This document shows, one piece after another, positions 42,691 through 51,140 of a DNA stretch of 64,000 bases. Below the pieces are notes generated by a model. It had not been told where the DNA came from and did no database searches. It was given only the letters and a program-made list of their open reading frames with translations. The first letter of the stretch is position 1; every line of letters begins with the position of its first letter. The DNA lies in the IMG/VR virus record IMGVR_UViG_3300035130_000101, positions 1 through 64,000 of that record; one strand, given 5' to 3'. Origin of the DNA: a virus. The translations under genes and the position numbers were made by a program.

Positions 42691-42886
42691 TCCGACCAGA
42701 GACGAAATCTTATTGAGAGAAGAACTCTACCGGCTGGCTTACCAGCACCGGGCCAGTCACATCGACCAGCGCCGGCAATCTATCTTTAAGCGAGATGGTC
42801 ACGGCTGGCAAGAGTTGAAAGTAGGCGAAGTGGAATGGAAGCGGTGGCATCAGGCTTACCCGCCGATGTCAACAGAAGTGGTTTAA
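42683..42886 (+). CDS. hypothetical protein
   Basis: 67-aa ORF. Confidence 0.5.
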   Translation: MANPTRDEILLREELYRLAYQHRASHIDQRRQSIFKRDGHGWQELKVGEVEWKRWHQAYPPMSTEVV

Positions 42887-42888
42887 AT

Positions 42889-42902
42889 TCAATCGCAATT
42901 CA
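42889..42902. repeat. junction palindrome (plus-strand operon)
   Basis: TCAATCGCAATTCA; 2 nt after stop 42886, followed by AAAAAAAGGAG and ATG 42916. Confidence 0.65.
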
Positions 42903-42915
42903 AAAAAAAGGAGTT

Positions 42916-43956
42916 ATGATGTCTGAAAAATCTTTAGTACCAACAAGTAATACTTTAGCTGTAATGCCAGCGATGGAGATTGCCGAAGCCGTTGATCGTT
43001 ATTCAGCTATCACTGCTTTCACCCAACGGATTATGAAAAATGGTATAGACTATGGCGCAGTGCCAGGAACAGATAAGCCGACTTTGCTCAAGCCGGGGGC
43101 AGAAAAACTGTCTGCCTTTTTTGGATTGACGCCGGCTTTTGAACCGATAGAGATTATCAAAGATTGGACTGGTAGAGATCACGGTGAGCCGTTCTTTGAG
43201 TATCAATACAAGTGTCGCCTGTTTCGGGGTGACCGGCTCATTGCCGAAGGAATTGGCTCTTGTAACAGTTGGGAGAAAAAATATCGCTATCGCTGGGTGA
43301 GTGAAGATGAAGTACCGTTTCATCTCAATCCTGACAATCTCTTATCACGCAAAAGCGGACTGATTGAATTTGAGTTTGCCATCAACAAACGAGAAACCGC
43401 TGGCAGGTATGGCAAACCGGCAGAATATTGGGATGCTTTTAAAACCGCTATTGCCGCCGGAGATGCAATCAAGACTACCCGTAAAACGTCATCCGGTAAA
43501 GATCTTGACGCCTGGATGATAGAGACGGTTGTCTACCGAGTACCGAATGAGGATATTTTTAGCCAGGTAAATACCATCGACAAAATGGCTCAGAAGCGGG
43601 CGCTTGTCGCTGCTGTCCTGATAGGTGTCAATGCCTCTGAGTTTTTCACTCAAGACCTTGAAGATATGGACATCGATAGCAATATCGTTGATTCTGTTGC
43701 TGTGCCGGTATCAAGCGAACAATCCAAGCAATCTGGCAAAAAGCAACAGAGTAAAAAGCAAAATGGCAACGGGCGCAATCCTCAAACGATGCTGGAAGAG
43801 GTCAACGCCCGGACCGGCAATCACTACGAAAATGTAAATCACCTGTATAACACGCTGGGCAACTGGCCGGACTTCTCTAACGATGAGGCGTATCAATCTG
43901 CCCTGAATAATGCTGTTGACCACGCCAACAAAGACAAAGACGAATTGCCATTTTAG
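42916..43956 (+). CDS. putative single-strand annealing (recombinase) protein
   Basis: NGIDYGAVPGTDKPTLLKPGAEKLSAFFGL...IDKMAQKRALVAAVL resembles RecT/Sak-type SSAPs. AAAGGAG RBS after the palindrome motif. Confidence 0.45.
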   Translation: MMSEKSLVPTSNTLAVMPAMEIAEAVDRYSAITAFTQRIMKNGIDYGAVPGTDKPTLLKPGAEKLSAFFGLTPAFEPIEIIKDWTGRDHGEPFFEYQYKCRLFRGDRLIAEGIGSCNSWEKKYRYRWVSEDEVPFHLNPDNLLSRKSGLIEFEFAINKRETAGRYGKPAEYWDAFKTAIAAGDAIKTTRKTSSGKDLDAWMIETVVYRVPNEDIFSQVNTIDKMAQKRALVAAVLIGVNASEFFTQDLEDMDIDSNIVDSVAVPVSSEQSKQSGKKQQSKKQNGNGRNPQTMLEEVNARTGNHYENVNHLYNTLGNWPDFSNDEAYQSALNNAVDHANKDKDELPF

Positions 43957-44030
43957 CAATCATACTCCGCCGCTCGTGACTGCGCTCGCCTCAAGGCAAA
44001 GGGCTTGACGGCGGCGGGGTAGAAAAAATC

Positions 44031-44044
44031 TCAATCGTAATTGA
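44031..44044. repeat. junction palindrome within a 30-nt dyad
   Basis: AAAAAATCTCAAT cgta ATTGAGATTTTTT spans 44023-44052. This copy could act as a weak bidirectional terminator. Confidence 0.55.
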
Positions 44045-44064
44045 GATTTTTTAAGGTTAGACTA

Positions 44065-44093
44065 TTGACATTTAACTCCAAATAGCTTATAAT
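44065..44093 (+). promoter_or_regulatory. sigma70 consensus promoter
   Basis: ACTATTGACA, 17-nt spacer, TATAAT. Confidence 0.7.
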
Positions 44094-44140
44094 GGATAGT
44101 ATAGATAGATAGTTATTTAGTAAGCTAAGGAGTGAACCAA

Positions 44141-45304
44141 ATGAACAAAGTGATAGGTTATTATGTCCTCTGGCGAGTGCCAGAGCTTGACGCCCGATAT
44201 GATGACCTGGCAGACCTGGCCGGGTCACTGGGCATCGAAGAGAAGTACATCCCTACCCCACCCAAGCGTCGGGGCGCGTGGGAAAAGGCCACCAACCTGG
44301 GCCGCAATTACCCGATTGAGCCGCCATTCGAGTTGGTGCAGGAAGTCCAACGCAAGTACGGCGTTACCCCGACCGTCCGGCTTGAGACGGTCATTGTCTC
44401 CAAGTCTGCGCCGGTCCTTATCCGGCACATCGTCCGGCGAGTGACCATCCCGGCCAGTGACGAATCCTCAGACAAGCGCCGGTTGGCCGAGCGGCAATTA
44501 GACCAGCAGACGGTTTGCATAATGCAGTTCGATTGCAATACCGAAGCGATGCAATCGACCGGCTACAGCGACCTGAGAGATTTCGCCGGTTGGGTCAACG
44601 GCAACCTTAGAGACATCGTGCAATCGCTGCACGATGACGTTGATCGGGCAATGAACCGGGAAAGCGGGTCAAAGGTTCGTGACGGCATCCGTGAGTTTTT
44701 GCTCGATAACGGCGGCGTGTTACAGACAGCCGGCGGCGCTTATTTCCTGCCCTATACGCCGGAACTGTACGACGACCTGAAAGCCGTCAAGGTCTATCTG
44801 GAAGGCTGCATCGATTGGGCCGCCAAGCGTAATGATGACGGATCTCCGGCAGATCGGCCCTCGTTTGTGGTCATTCCCCTGGTCAAGACAGATGAGGCGC
44901 TCGATACCATCCTCGACATTGCCGAATCCGCCGAAGCGCAATTCGGACAGTCAATCGAGGAGATGATTAACGAACTGTCACCACTCTTCAAGGGCGACCG
45001 GAGCGAGAAAGTTGCCAACAACATCCGGGCCAGGGTGAATGACCGCTACGCCCAGATGCAAGAGAACGTCCGGCGCTACAAGCTGGCCCTGGATGATAGC
45101 TTGCCCCGGCTTGACGCTCTGCTCGATAAGGCCCGGCAGTTAATCGACCAGGCAATGGCAATTGACACATACCGGGTCGGACGTAAGACGGTAGAGGCCG
45201 GACAGGTAGAGGCCGCCGATGTGACCTGGCGCGGCCAGCGAGTTATGGAAAGCGTCACCATTGACGCAGTTAGCACCGACTACCGCAAGAGCCGGGAATT
45301 GTAG
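44141..45304 (+). CDS. hypothetical protein
   Basis: 387 aa. AAGGAG lies 8 nt before ATG 44141; the track starts at GTG 44132. Confidence 0.6.
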   Translation: MNKVIGYYVLWRVPELDARYDDLADLAGSLGIEEKYIPTPPKRRGAWEKATNLGRNYPIEPPFELVQEVQRKYGVTPTVRLETVIVSKSAPVLIRHIVRRVTIPASDESSDKRRLAERQLDQQTVCIMQFDCNTEAMQSTGYSDLRDFAGWVNGNLRDIVQSLHDDVDRAMNRESGSKVRDGIREFLLDNGGVLQTAGGAYFLPYTPELYDDLKAVKVYLEGCIDWAAKRNDDGSPADRPSFVVIPLVKTDEALDTILDIAESAEAQFGQSIEEMINELSPLFKGDRSEKVANNIRARVNDRYAQMQENVRRYKLALDDSLPRLDALLDKARQLIDQAMAIDTYRVGRKTVEAGQVEAADVTWRGQRVMESVTIDAVSTDYRKSREL

Positions 45305-45311
45305 AGACAAT

Positions 45312-45342
45312 GGCCGGCGTGAGAGATTGCGCCGGCCTTTTT
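45312..45342 (+). terminator. rho-independent terminator (leaky?)
   Basis: Stem GGCCGGCG/CGCCGGCC followed by TTTTT. Confidence 0.6.
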
Positions 45343-45372
45343 GTCACGATAAAAGAAAAGGAGAGAACTATT

Positions 45373-45723
45373 ATGACCGATCTAATAACCGTCACCCAGG
45401 CCGCCAAACTGCTTGGCGTGAGTTATTACACCGTTACCAACAAGTATATCAAGCGTGGCCTACTCCCCGCCGAACTGGTCAACACCGGCCAGGGCAAGGG
45501 CCACACTCGTTACCAGATCAAACGGGCCGATGTCGAGGCATTGAAGGAACGCCGGGAAAGCGGCGAGGCGGCTTTCCGGCCCGGCCCAACGGGAGAGAAT
45601 AAGGGCAAGACGCTGATGTACCTGCCCAGGCCGGCGGCGTGGGGAGAATGGATTAAGACGGCGCTTGAGCCAGAGGAGAGGGTTGCCGCGTTGGAAGCGG
45701 CAGCGAGGGCGAAAGAGAAGTAA
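45373..45723 (+). CDS. MerR/excisionase-type HTH protein
   Basis: ITVTQAAKLLGVSYYTVTNKYIKRGLL. AAAGGAGA RBS. Confidence 0.6.
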   Translation: MTDLITVTQAAKLLGVSYYTVTNKYIKRGLLPAELVNTGQGKGHTRYQIKRADVEALKERRESGEAAFRPGPTGENKGKTLMYLPRPAAWGEWIKTALEPEERVAALEAAARAKEK

Positions 45724-45728
45724 AAATC

Positions 45729-45742
45729 TCAACCGCAATTCA
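45729..45742. repeat. junction palindrome, variant
   Basis: TCAACCGCAATTCA; 5 nt after stop 45723. It is followed by a terminator rather than a gene. Confidence 0.55.
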
Positions 45743-45747
45743 AAAAA

Positions 45748-45773
45748 TAAAAGCCCCATATCGGGGCTTTTTT
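45748..45773. terminator. bidirectional rho-independent terminator
   Basis: AAAAGCCCC atatc GGGGCTTTTTT, between convergent genes. Confidence 0.7.
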
Positions 45774-45795
45774 GCTGGTGTAACGGTGTTGAACA

Positions 45796-46545
45796 TTAGC
45801 CAATATGCAGAACTGCAACCCTGGCCTTTTGGTAAATTGTTTCTTTCAAATTCTTGATACTCTTATCGACAGGTATGTAATACTCCGATCCAGAATGACC
45901 AGCAGGGCAAAGCCATTTTGCTTCTAACGTTTGTCTAATAATATCTTCCTCCCAAACTATAAAAGTAGGGCAATCGCAAAAAATGCACTTCATCTCAAAA
46001 GAATCTATAGGTATAGTGTTCAACTTTCCTTCTTCGCAACGACTTTTTTCTTCTACAAATTGATCGGCATACTTAATAATTGCCCTTATAGTTGAATCCG
46101 TATCCCAAACTGCATCGTGCAACCAAGACGATAGCGGTTGTTCCCTGTACGAAATAATCAAATCGAAATATTCATTGAAAGTCATCTTTTTATCAGGATC
46201 ATATTTGGGATATTGCGGGGCTAACGTGTTGGCTATTACCCTAACGATAGACGACCATAAGTTTTTCAGGTTGGGAGTATATGATTGGGTTTTGCCTTGT
46301 GATTTTGGTTTAGGTGTCTCACTGTGCAAGTCAGCTATCCAATCTGGAAGATTATTACTCTTTTCAAGATTGCAACTGCTGCAAGACCAAACCAAATTCA
46401 AGATGGAATCAGTACCACCCCTTGACAACGGTATTAAGTGGTCACAATGACCGTTATCATCTACTTTGCCACAATGAAAACAAGTGGCATTATCTCGCCT
46501 TTTGACCAAGCTTCTCAGGCGACTCCAGCTAGTTTCCGTTGTCAT
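45796..46545 (-). CDS. HNH endonuclease (249 aa)
   Basis: CFHCGKVDDNGHCDHLIPLSRGGTDSILNLVWSCSSCNLEKSN. Confidence 0.8.
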   Translation of the reverse strand: MTTETSWSRLRSLVKRRDNATCFHCGKVDDNGHCDHLIPLSRGGTDSILNLVWSCSSCNLEKSNNLPDWIADLHSETPKPKSQGKTQSYTPNLKNLWSSIVRVIANTLAPQYPKYDPDKKMTFNEYFDLIISYREQPLSSWLHDAVWDTDSTIRAIIKYADQFVEEKSRCEEGKLNTIPIDSFEMKCIFCDCPTFIVWEEDIIRQTLEAKWLCPAGHSGSEYYIPVDKSIKNLKETIYQKARVAVLHIG

Positions 46546-46681
46546 ACTTTTTCCTCATTTCCTCAATATACTTGTCTATTGCCTGCCTGATATGCTCTGC
46601 AATGCTTTTACCGGTACGCTCTTTTAGAGCCTTCAGGATTGCCCTTTGTTCCTTCGTCAAATAAATTTCAGTCCGTATCAT
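46529..46681 (-). CDS. ribbon-helix-helix protein (50 aa, not in ORF track)
   Basis: Hand translation: MIRTEIYLTKEQRAILKALKERTGKSIAEHIRQAIDKYIEEMRKKYDNGN. GGAGG RBS. It overlaps the HNH start by 17 nt. Confidence 0.55.
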   Translation of the reverse strand: MIRTEIYLTKEQRAILKALKERTGKSIAEHIRQAIDKYIEEMRKKYDNGN

Positions 46682-46685
46682 AATA

Positions 46686-46717
46686 AATATCCTCCGTATA
46701 CGTATACGGAGGATATT
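46686..46717. promoter_or_regulatory. 32-bp perfect palindrome covering the RHH gene's SD
   Basis: AATATCCTCCGTATAC|GTATACGGAGGATATT. In the RNA it would pair GGAGG with CCUCC. Confidence 0.5.
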
Positions 46718-46766
46718 ATACCATAGACTTGCTCATTATCATAATTAGGGGCTAATAAGTGACTTA

Positions 46767-48026
46767 TTAGATGCTAAGTTCCTCCCTAAGTGACTTCACC
46801 TTGTAGAAATTATCACCGCTCAAGTTAGGTTTCTCCCAAATTTCTTGAGCTATCTCTTGATTACTAGCCCCGTCCAAGATCATTGCAGATATTCTATCAT
46901 CAATACTACTAGAGCCAGATTGCAAAACCAAGTCCGGGACAATCACGTTGTCATTGTTTTCATTTCCGTATGGAGGAATATAGCACTCTTGTTCGCCATT
47001 GCCGGCGTCAATTGTCGCTCTGCGCTGTTTGGTTATCTGGTCTATTTCAAGCCGGACGATGAATAGCCCTTCCCTAATATCTCCCTGCCCTTCCAGGCCA
47101 AGCGGTTTAACTAACTCAGAGTGAGAACCGATAAACAGCCTGAATCCAACCTTGCGGCTTTCCCGAATGAGCATACCTAAGATTTTGCCACCGGCTTTTG
47201 TTTCCTCTTTGATTGAGTTAAACTCATCGATGATAACCGTCATTGGCTCAAAGCTAGTATCACCGCTTGCCCGCCTCTTGTATCGGTTATTTACCTCATC
47301 GACCAGTCCGATTAAGAAATCCTCTATACTGGTATAATCCCGGCCGGCCCCGATGATTTTATCAGTCGGCCAGATACCCGGCGTATAGTGCGGGTCAATA
47401 ATCGTTACGTTCTTTGATCTCTGGGCTATATGCTGCAAGAGCGTAGTTTTTCCGGCGTCCGATGCCCCTTTGATTAGCACTCTCTCAGCCCTATCTAGCA
47501 TCGACAACAGGTCAACGTAGTTTGGCTTTTGCGGTACGATCTTCCCGGCTTCCAACATCTTGGATTGTCCGGTTGTCATCAACGTGTTGGCATAGAGTAA
47601 TTCAGCCGGCGTCGGATCGTGGTCGTGACCGTTGACCCGGAGGCGAGTACCGCCAAGCCGAGCTAACTCTTCAGATATAGTCCCATCTAGTAATCTAATT
47701 TGTTCGTAGAACCAAGCCTCGTTGTTTGCAGAATAAATCAGACGTGAATCAAGCTCCATCTTCCTCGTTTTGGCCCGTTCTCGCTTGGTCCACTGGTAGA
47801 ATATAAATACCAGCGCGCAAAAACCGATAATAGCCGATAGGCCGATAGCTACTCCCAGGCCGATAGCCAACCAAAAGGCAACGACCGTGATAACCGGCCA
47901 CGCGGCAACGATCAAAGCAGCAAATAGCATAAACAGGAATATGCCAACCACCATATAAAAACGGACCCGAATAGCACCCGTCCGGCTCCGTTGGAAATCG
48001 GCAATGACCGTATCACGTTGCGTCAT
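46767..48026 (-). CDS. membrane-anchored FtsK/HerA-like P-loop ATPase
   Basis: Two N-terminal TM helices, Walker A GASDAGKTTLL, Walker B TVIIDEFNS, and an FtsK-like IIDPH...RESRKVGFRLFIGSH pattern. Confidence 0.65.
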   Translation of the reverse strand: MTQRDTVIADFQRSRTGAIRVRFYMVVGIFLFMLFAALIVAAWPVITVVAFWLAIGLGVAIGLSAIIGFCALVFIFYQWTKRERAKTRKMELDSRLIYSANNEAWFYEQIRLLDGTISEELARLGGTRLRVNGHDHDPTPAELLYANTLMTTGQSKMLEAGKIVPQKPNYVDLLSMLDRAERVLIKGASDAGKTTLLQHIAQRSKNVTIIDPHYTPGIWPTDKIIGAGRDYTSIEDFLIGLVDEVNNRYKRRASGDTSFEPMTVIIDEFNSIKEETKAGGKILGMLIRESRKVGFRLFIGSHSELVKPLGLEGQGDIREGLFIVRLEIDQITKQRRATIDAGNGEQECYIPPYGNENNDNVIVPDLVLQSGSSSIDDRISAMILDGASNQEIAQEIWEKPNLSGDNFYKVKSLREELSI

Positions 48027-48301
48027 AAGTTTATCCCCACGCCAAAGGCCAACGCCTTAAAGCTAATGACGATGACCTTATTTGCCAGTCCGACCGCCTC
48101 GCACCATATCCGCCACTCCGCCCGAATTGACAAGATAGCCTGGTGCAGGCGCTCGAAAATGGACAGGATAAGCGCAAAGACGAAAACGACGCTGTCGTTG
48201 TCATCAACTATTTGAACCGATACTAAGATGCGGGTAGCCTGTAAGATCATCACTTGCCCTTTTCCAGGGTGATAACCCGCTGGTTTTCCAGCCGGGCACA
48301 C
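48023..48301 (-). CDS. small hydrophobic protein
   Basis: 92-aa ORF; overlaps 48250..48435. Confidence 0.35.
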   Translation of the reverse strand: MCPAGKPAGYHPGKGQVMILQATRILVSVQIVDDNDSVVFVFALILSIFERLHQAILSIRAEWRIWCEAVGLANKVIVISFKALAFGVGINL

Positions 48302-48435
48302 TCCTGGCGGAAATCCCGGTCAACGCCGAAACCAACAGCCAGGGCGAACAACGTCGGCTTGTCACCACCTTGCAAGAAACTACTTACCAAAATAGCCAGG
48401 ATGTCACCTTTGTAAAGGGTCAATGATTGCATCAT
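48250..48435 (-). CDS. hypothetical small protein
   Basis: 61-aa ORF. Confidence 0.35.
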   Translation of the reverse strand: MMQSLTLYKGDILAILVSSFLQGGDKPTLFALAVGFGVDRDFRQECARLENQRVITLEKGK

Positions 48436-48437
48436 AT

Positions 48438-49166
48438 TTACTTCCTATCCTCTATACTTTTATAAGCCCGGCTTACTGTAGAAACGGAGCATCCCCACGA
48501 GGCCGCAAGCTCCGCTGCCGTGGGTTTGTCACCATTGCAATTGACGGCAATCCAGCGCGCCCTATCTGCAAATGACATTGACTCCCACGTTTGCGCCTGC
48601 TTTAATTCTGTTTGCAATACCGTTGCTTGAGATTGCGCTATCTCTAAATCTTTTTGCGTCGCCTGTAATTCCTGTTGCCTCTCTTGACGCTCTGCAATCG
48701 AGATAGTTGCATCGGTTTGCAAGTCATCGTCGTTCGGTTGCACTTTGTAAGCATAAGCCGCGCCCAGTACCATCAGTGGCATATAGGATGCAAGTCCGAA
48801 CGTCCATAATCTTTGCGCCGTTGGTGACAGCGATTGCGCCATTGTTTCATTATTCATTGTCGAGTACATTACCGGTCCAAGCGTAAGTGCAATCAAGACG
48901 ATAAGCGCAATTTTCAACGTCCATAAAATCGCAGATTGCACCTTACTGTCCGTTTTTGTCCGGGCCAGATAACCGATAACAAGACCCTCGACAATAGCCC
49001 GGATTGACCAGGCCCAATGATCTGCCAGCCAGATATTGACCGGGATTGCACCGGGCGACTTGCCAGATGACATAAATCCCTGAATCTGATAGGGAATAAT
49101 CATTGTCGCTGCCGACAAGATTAGCAGTATCCAGAGTTGATTACTACGCTTTGTCAACCACTCCAT
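48438..49166 (-). CDS. membrane protein with C-terminal HTH
   Basis: Several TM helices, a coiled segment, then AAELAASWGCSVSTVSRAYKSI. Confidence 0.55.
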   Translation of the reverse strand: MEWLTKRSNQLWILLILSAATMIIPYQIQGFMSSGKSPGAIPVNIWLADHWAWSIRAIVEGLVIGYLARTKTDSKVQSAILWTLKIALIVLIALTLGPVMYSTMNNETMAQSLSPTAQRLWTFGLASYMPLMVLGAAYAYKVQPNDDDLQTDATISIAERQERQQELQATQKDLEIAQSQATVLQTELKQAQTWESMSFADRARWIAVNCNGDKPTAAELAASWGCSVSTVSRAYKSIEDRK

Positions 49167-49314
49167 TGGTTACCCCCTCCTTTTGCCGGGCCATCTCCTT
49201 CTCCAATATCTGCCGGACAATCCAGCTAACCGACCGGTCCTCAGCGGCGGCCCGCTCTTCCAAAAACTCCACGATCTCATTAGTCAATACAAAAGCCTTC
49301 GTTGGTTGCGTCAT
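49144..49314 (-). CDS. ribbon-helix-helix protein (56 aa, not in ORF track)
   Basis: Hand translation: MTQPTKAFVLTNEIVEFLEERAAAEDRSVSWIVRQILEKEMARQKEGVTNGVVDKA. GGAGGG RBS. Confidence 0.55.
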   Translation of the reverse strand: MTQPTKAFVLTNEIVEFLEERAAAEDRSVSWIVRQILEKEMARQKEGVTNGVVDKA

Positions 49315-49350
49315 TATTTTTCCCTCCGTGATATATATGAACTATGCAAC

Positions 49351-49379
49351 AGTATACCACCTCTTATACTGAGTGTCAA
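49351..49379 (-). promoter_or_regulatory. sigma70-type promoter for the RHH/FtsK-like unit
   Basis: On the minus strand: CTATTGACA, 17-nt spacer, TATACT. Confidence 0.6.
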
Positions 49380-49400
49380 TAGGTGCTAATAATTGGCAAT

Positions 49401-49430
49401 AAAAAAGGCCCGGTTATCCGGGCCAAAAAA
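49401..49430. terminator. bidirectional rho-independent terminator
   Basis: AAAAAA GGCCCGG ttat CCGGGCC AAAAAA. Confidence 0.7.
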
Positions 49431-49432
49431 TA

Positions 49433-49446
49433 TCAATTGCAATTGA
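49433..49446. repeat. junction palindrome, perfect
   Basis: TCAATTGCAATTGA; 5 nt after stop 49452. It is followed by a terminator in gene sense. Confidence 0.7.
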
Positions 49447-49451
49447 GAAAA

Positions 49452-49991
49452 TTATAGTAACCAGATTCTTGCCTCAGTATATATCTCTGTCCCAACTGCA
49501 AAAAGACTCCCTGCTGCTACTCCAAACCCAAAAGTTGCAGAGGTTGCCGAGCATCTATGTTGTATTTCTAAGGCTTTACTGGCCGCTAATGTGAAATTGC
49601 CGACTATAAACGAGCGCGTTTGCGATAATGGCCCCGTGTGATAGGAAAACTCGCTAGTCCCGCTCATTATAACAGCAGCATCAGTTGCATTGTATAATCT
49701 AGCAGCGTGGTAGTTTACTAGATAGGCTGGGGCAGTAGCGGTGACAAAGTACGTACCGGCTGGTAGCGTGAATTGATTAGATGCCAGAGAATACCCAGCC
49801 AGATCGCTATATACTGTTGTGTTTAGTACTCTAGTTCGCCAGGCCCCACTGGTAAATGTCCCACCGTCCGTCCCAGATGCTTTTTGATCTTGGATGATAA
49901 CAACAAGTCGTCTAGGGCTAATCTCCGGCTTGACCAAACTATCTATCTGTCGTTGCAGACTATTCACCTGCCGCATCAACTCTTCTATCAC
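49452..49991 (-). CDS. putative tail fibre/receptor-binding tip protein
   Basis: 179 aa, last gene of the tail operon, with an N-terminal coiled segment. The call rests on position only. Confidence 0.45.
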   Translation of the reverse strand: MIEELMRQVNSLQRQIDSLVKPEISPRRLVVIIQDQKASGTDGGTFTSGAWRTRVLNTTVYSDLAGYSLASNQFTLPAGTYFVTATAPAYLVNYHAARLYNATDAAVIMSGTSEFSYHTGPLSQTRSFIVGNFTLAASKALEIQHRCSATSATFGFGVAAGSLFAVGTEIYTEARIWLL

Positions 49992-51115
49992 AGCGCCGCC
50001 TCGTAATCAAGCCTGGCCTGTACTGTCTCTTCGCCGTTATCGTTAAGCGAAATAGTGACGGCCCGAATAATGGTATTGAATTGGCGATTGAGATACTTGG
50101 CCCCGACCTTATAGCCAAAGTCCCAATCGATGCCATAGCGAGTGCCTTCGGTATCGACCGGCGTCGCTCCAAAACGGATACGAGGCCGTCCGGCTGTCAA
50201 CCTGTCCCTGGCCGCTTCCCTCACGCCATTGTCGGTCGTCTGGTTGCGAGCGTCGGCAAAACCTTCTGACCTGGCCCAGATCGAGGCGCTATACCGGTCG
50301 CTGTCATAAACCTGTTGGATAGTACGCAACTCGCCTTCGCCCTGGCCGCCGGCGTAGATGTAGTTCTCTTCATCTGTGTAATCATACTCAAGCGCCGGTT
50401 CACGCATATTGCCGCTTTGCTGGTCGAACGTTACACGGTCGCTCACGTCCTGCCCTGGCTGCCCTGTGTAAGTCCTGAATTGGAACGTGATACTGTTAGC
50501 CGCCACCACATTCGGTACGATGTCAAAAAATACCTCTGTCCCGGCTTCCCTGGCCGCATTACCTAAAGTCGCTAAAACTCCCTGCCCGGCCGTGGTCAAG
50601 AGCTTGTCAAAAGCAAAAGCCTTCGTGATAGACGGTCCCAAGCTCAGGTCGGCGTCAATGCTGAGATTGCTCCATACTCTCGTACCAGCATCCGGCGTCG
50701 GGTCAACCCCATCGGCAATGGATTCGGTCACAACCTCTTTCATCATATCGTCGGCATTGTCGGTTTTGTCGGCTTGCGCTGCACCGGAATAGGCCGCTAC
50801 AATCCGCCGCCGTAGTAGGTCGTTGACATCCGGGCCACCAAATTCTACTATCTGGTCACTGCCGCGAGTGCTAAACTTCCAGCGTCGGACAAAATAGACG
50901 CGCCATAGGCTGAGAGCGCCGCCGGTCGGTTGCCGCCATATCTGTATCATCCGATCCGGGGCAATCAAGTCCGGGTCGAATGACAGCGGCATCTGGAGAT
51001 TGCAATAGGCAATACCGTTGACGACACGGGAAGCGTCAAGAGAGATGACTTGACTAAGGGGAGCAAGGCGGAGGCCACTGTCATTTGTTAGCCAAAGTTC
51101 ATAAGATGCTGTCAT
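49988..51115 (-). CDS. putative tail/baseplate structural protein
   Basis: 375 aa, downstream of the fibre-like gene. The call rests on position only. Confidence 0.5.
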   Translation of the reverse strand: MTASYELWLTNDSGLRLAPLSQVISLDASRVVNGIAYCNLQMPLSFDPDLIAPDRMIQIWRQPTGGALSLWRVYFVRRWKFSTRGSDQIVEFGGPDVNDLLRRRIVAAYSGAAQADKTDNADDMMKEVVTESIADGVDPTPDAGTRVWSNLSIDADLSLGPSITKAFAFDKLLTTAGQGVLATLGNAAREAGTEVFFDIVPNVVAANSITFQFRTYTGQPGQDVSDRVTFDQQSGNMREPALEYDYTDEENYIYAGGQGEGELRTIQQVYDSDRYSASIWARSEGFADARNQTTDNGVREAARDRLTAGRPRIRFGATPVDTEGTRYGIDWDFGYKVGAKYLNRQFNTIIRAVTISLNDNGEETVQARLDYEAAL

Positions 51116-51121
51116 AAATTT

Positions 51122-51135
51122 TCAACTGCGATTGA
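51122..51135. repeat. junction palindrome, variant
   Basis: TCAACTGCGATTGA; 5 nt after stop 51141 and 6 nt before ATG 51115, with no SD. Confidence 0.6.
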
Positions 51136-51140
51136 AAAAA

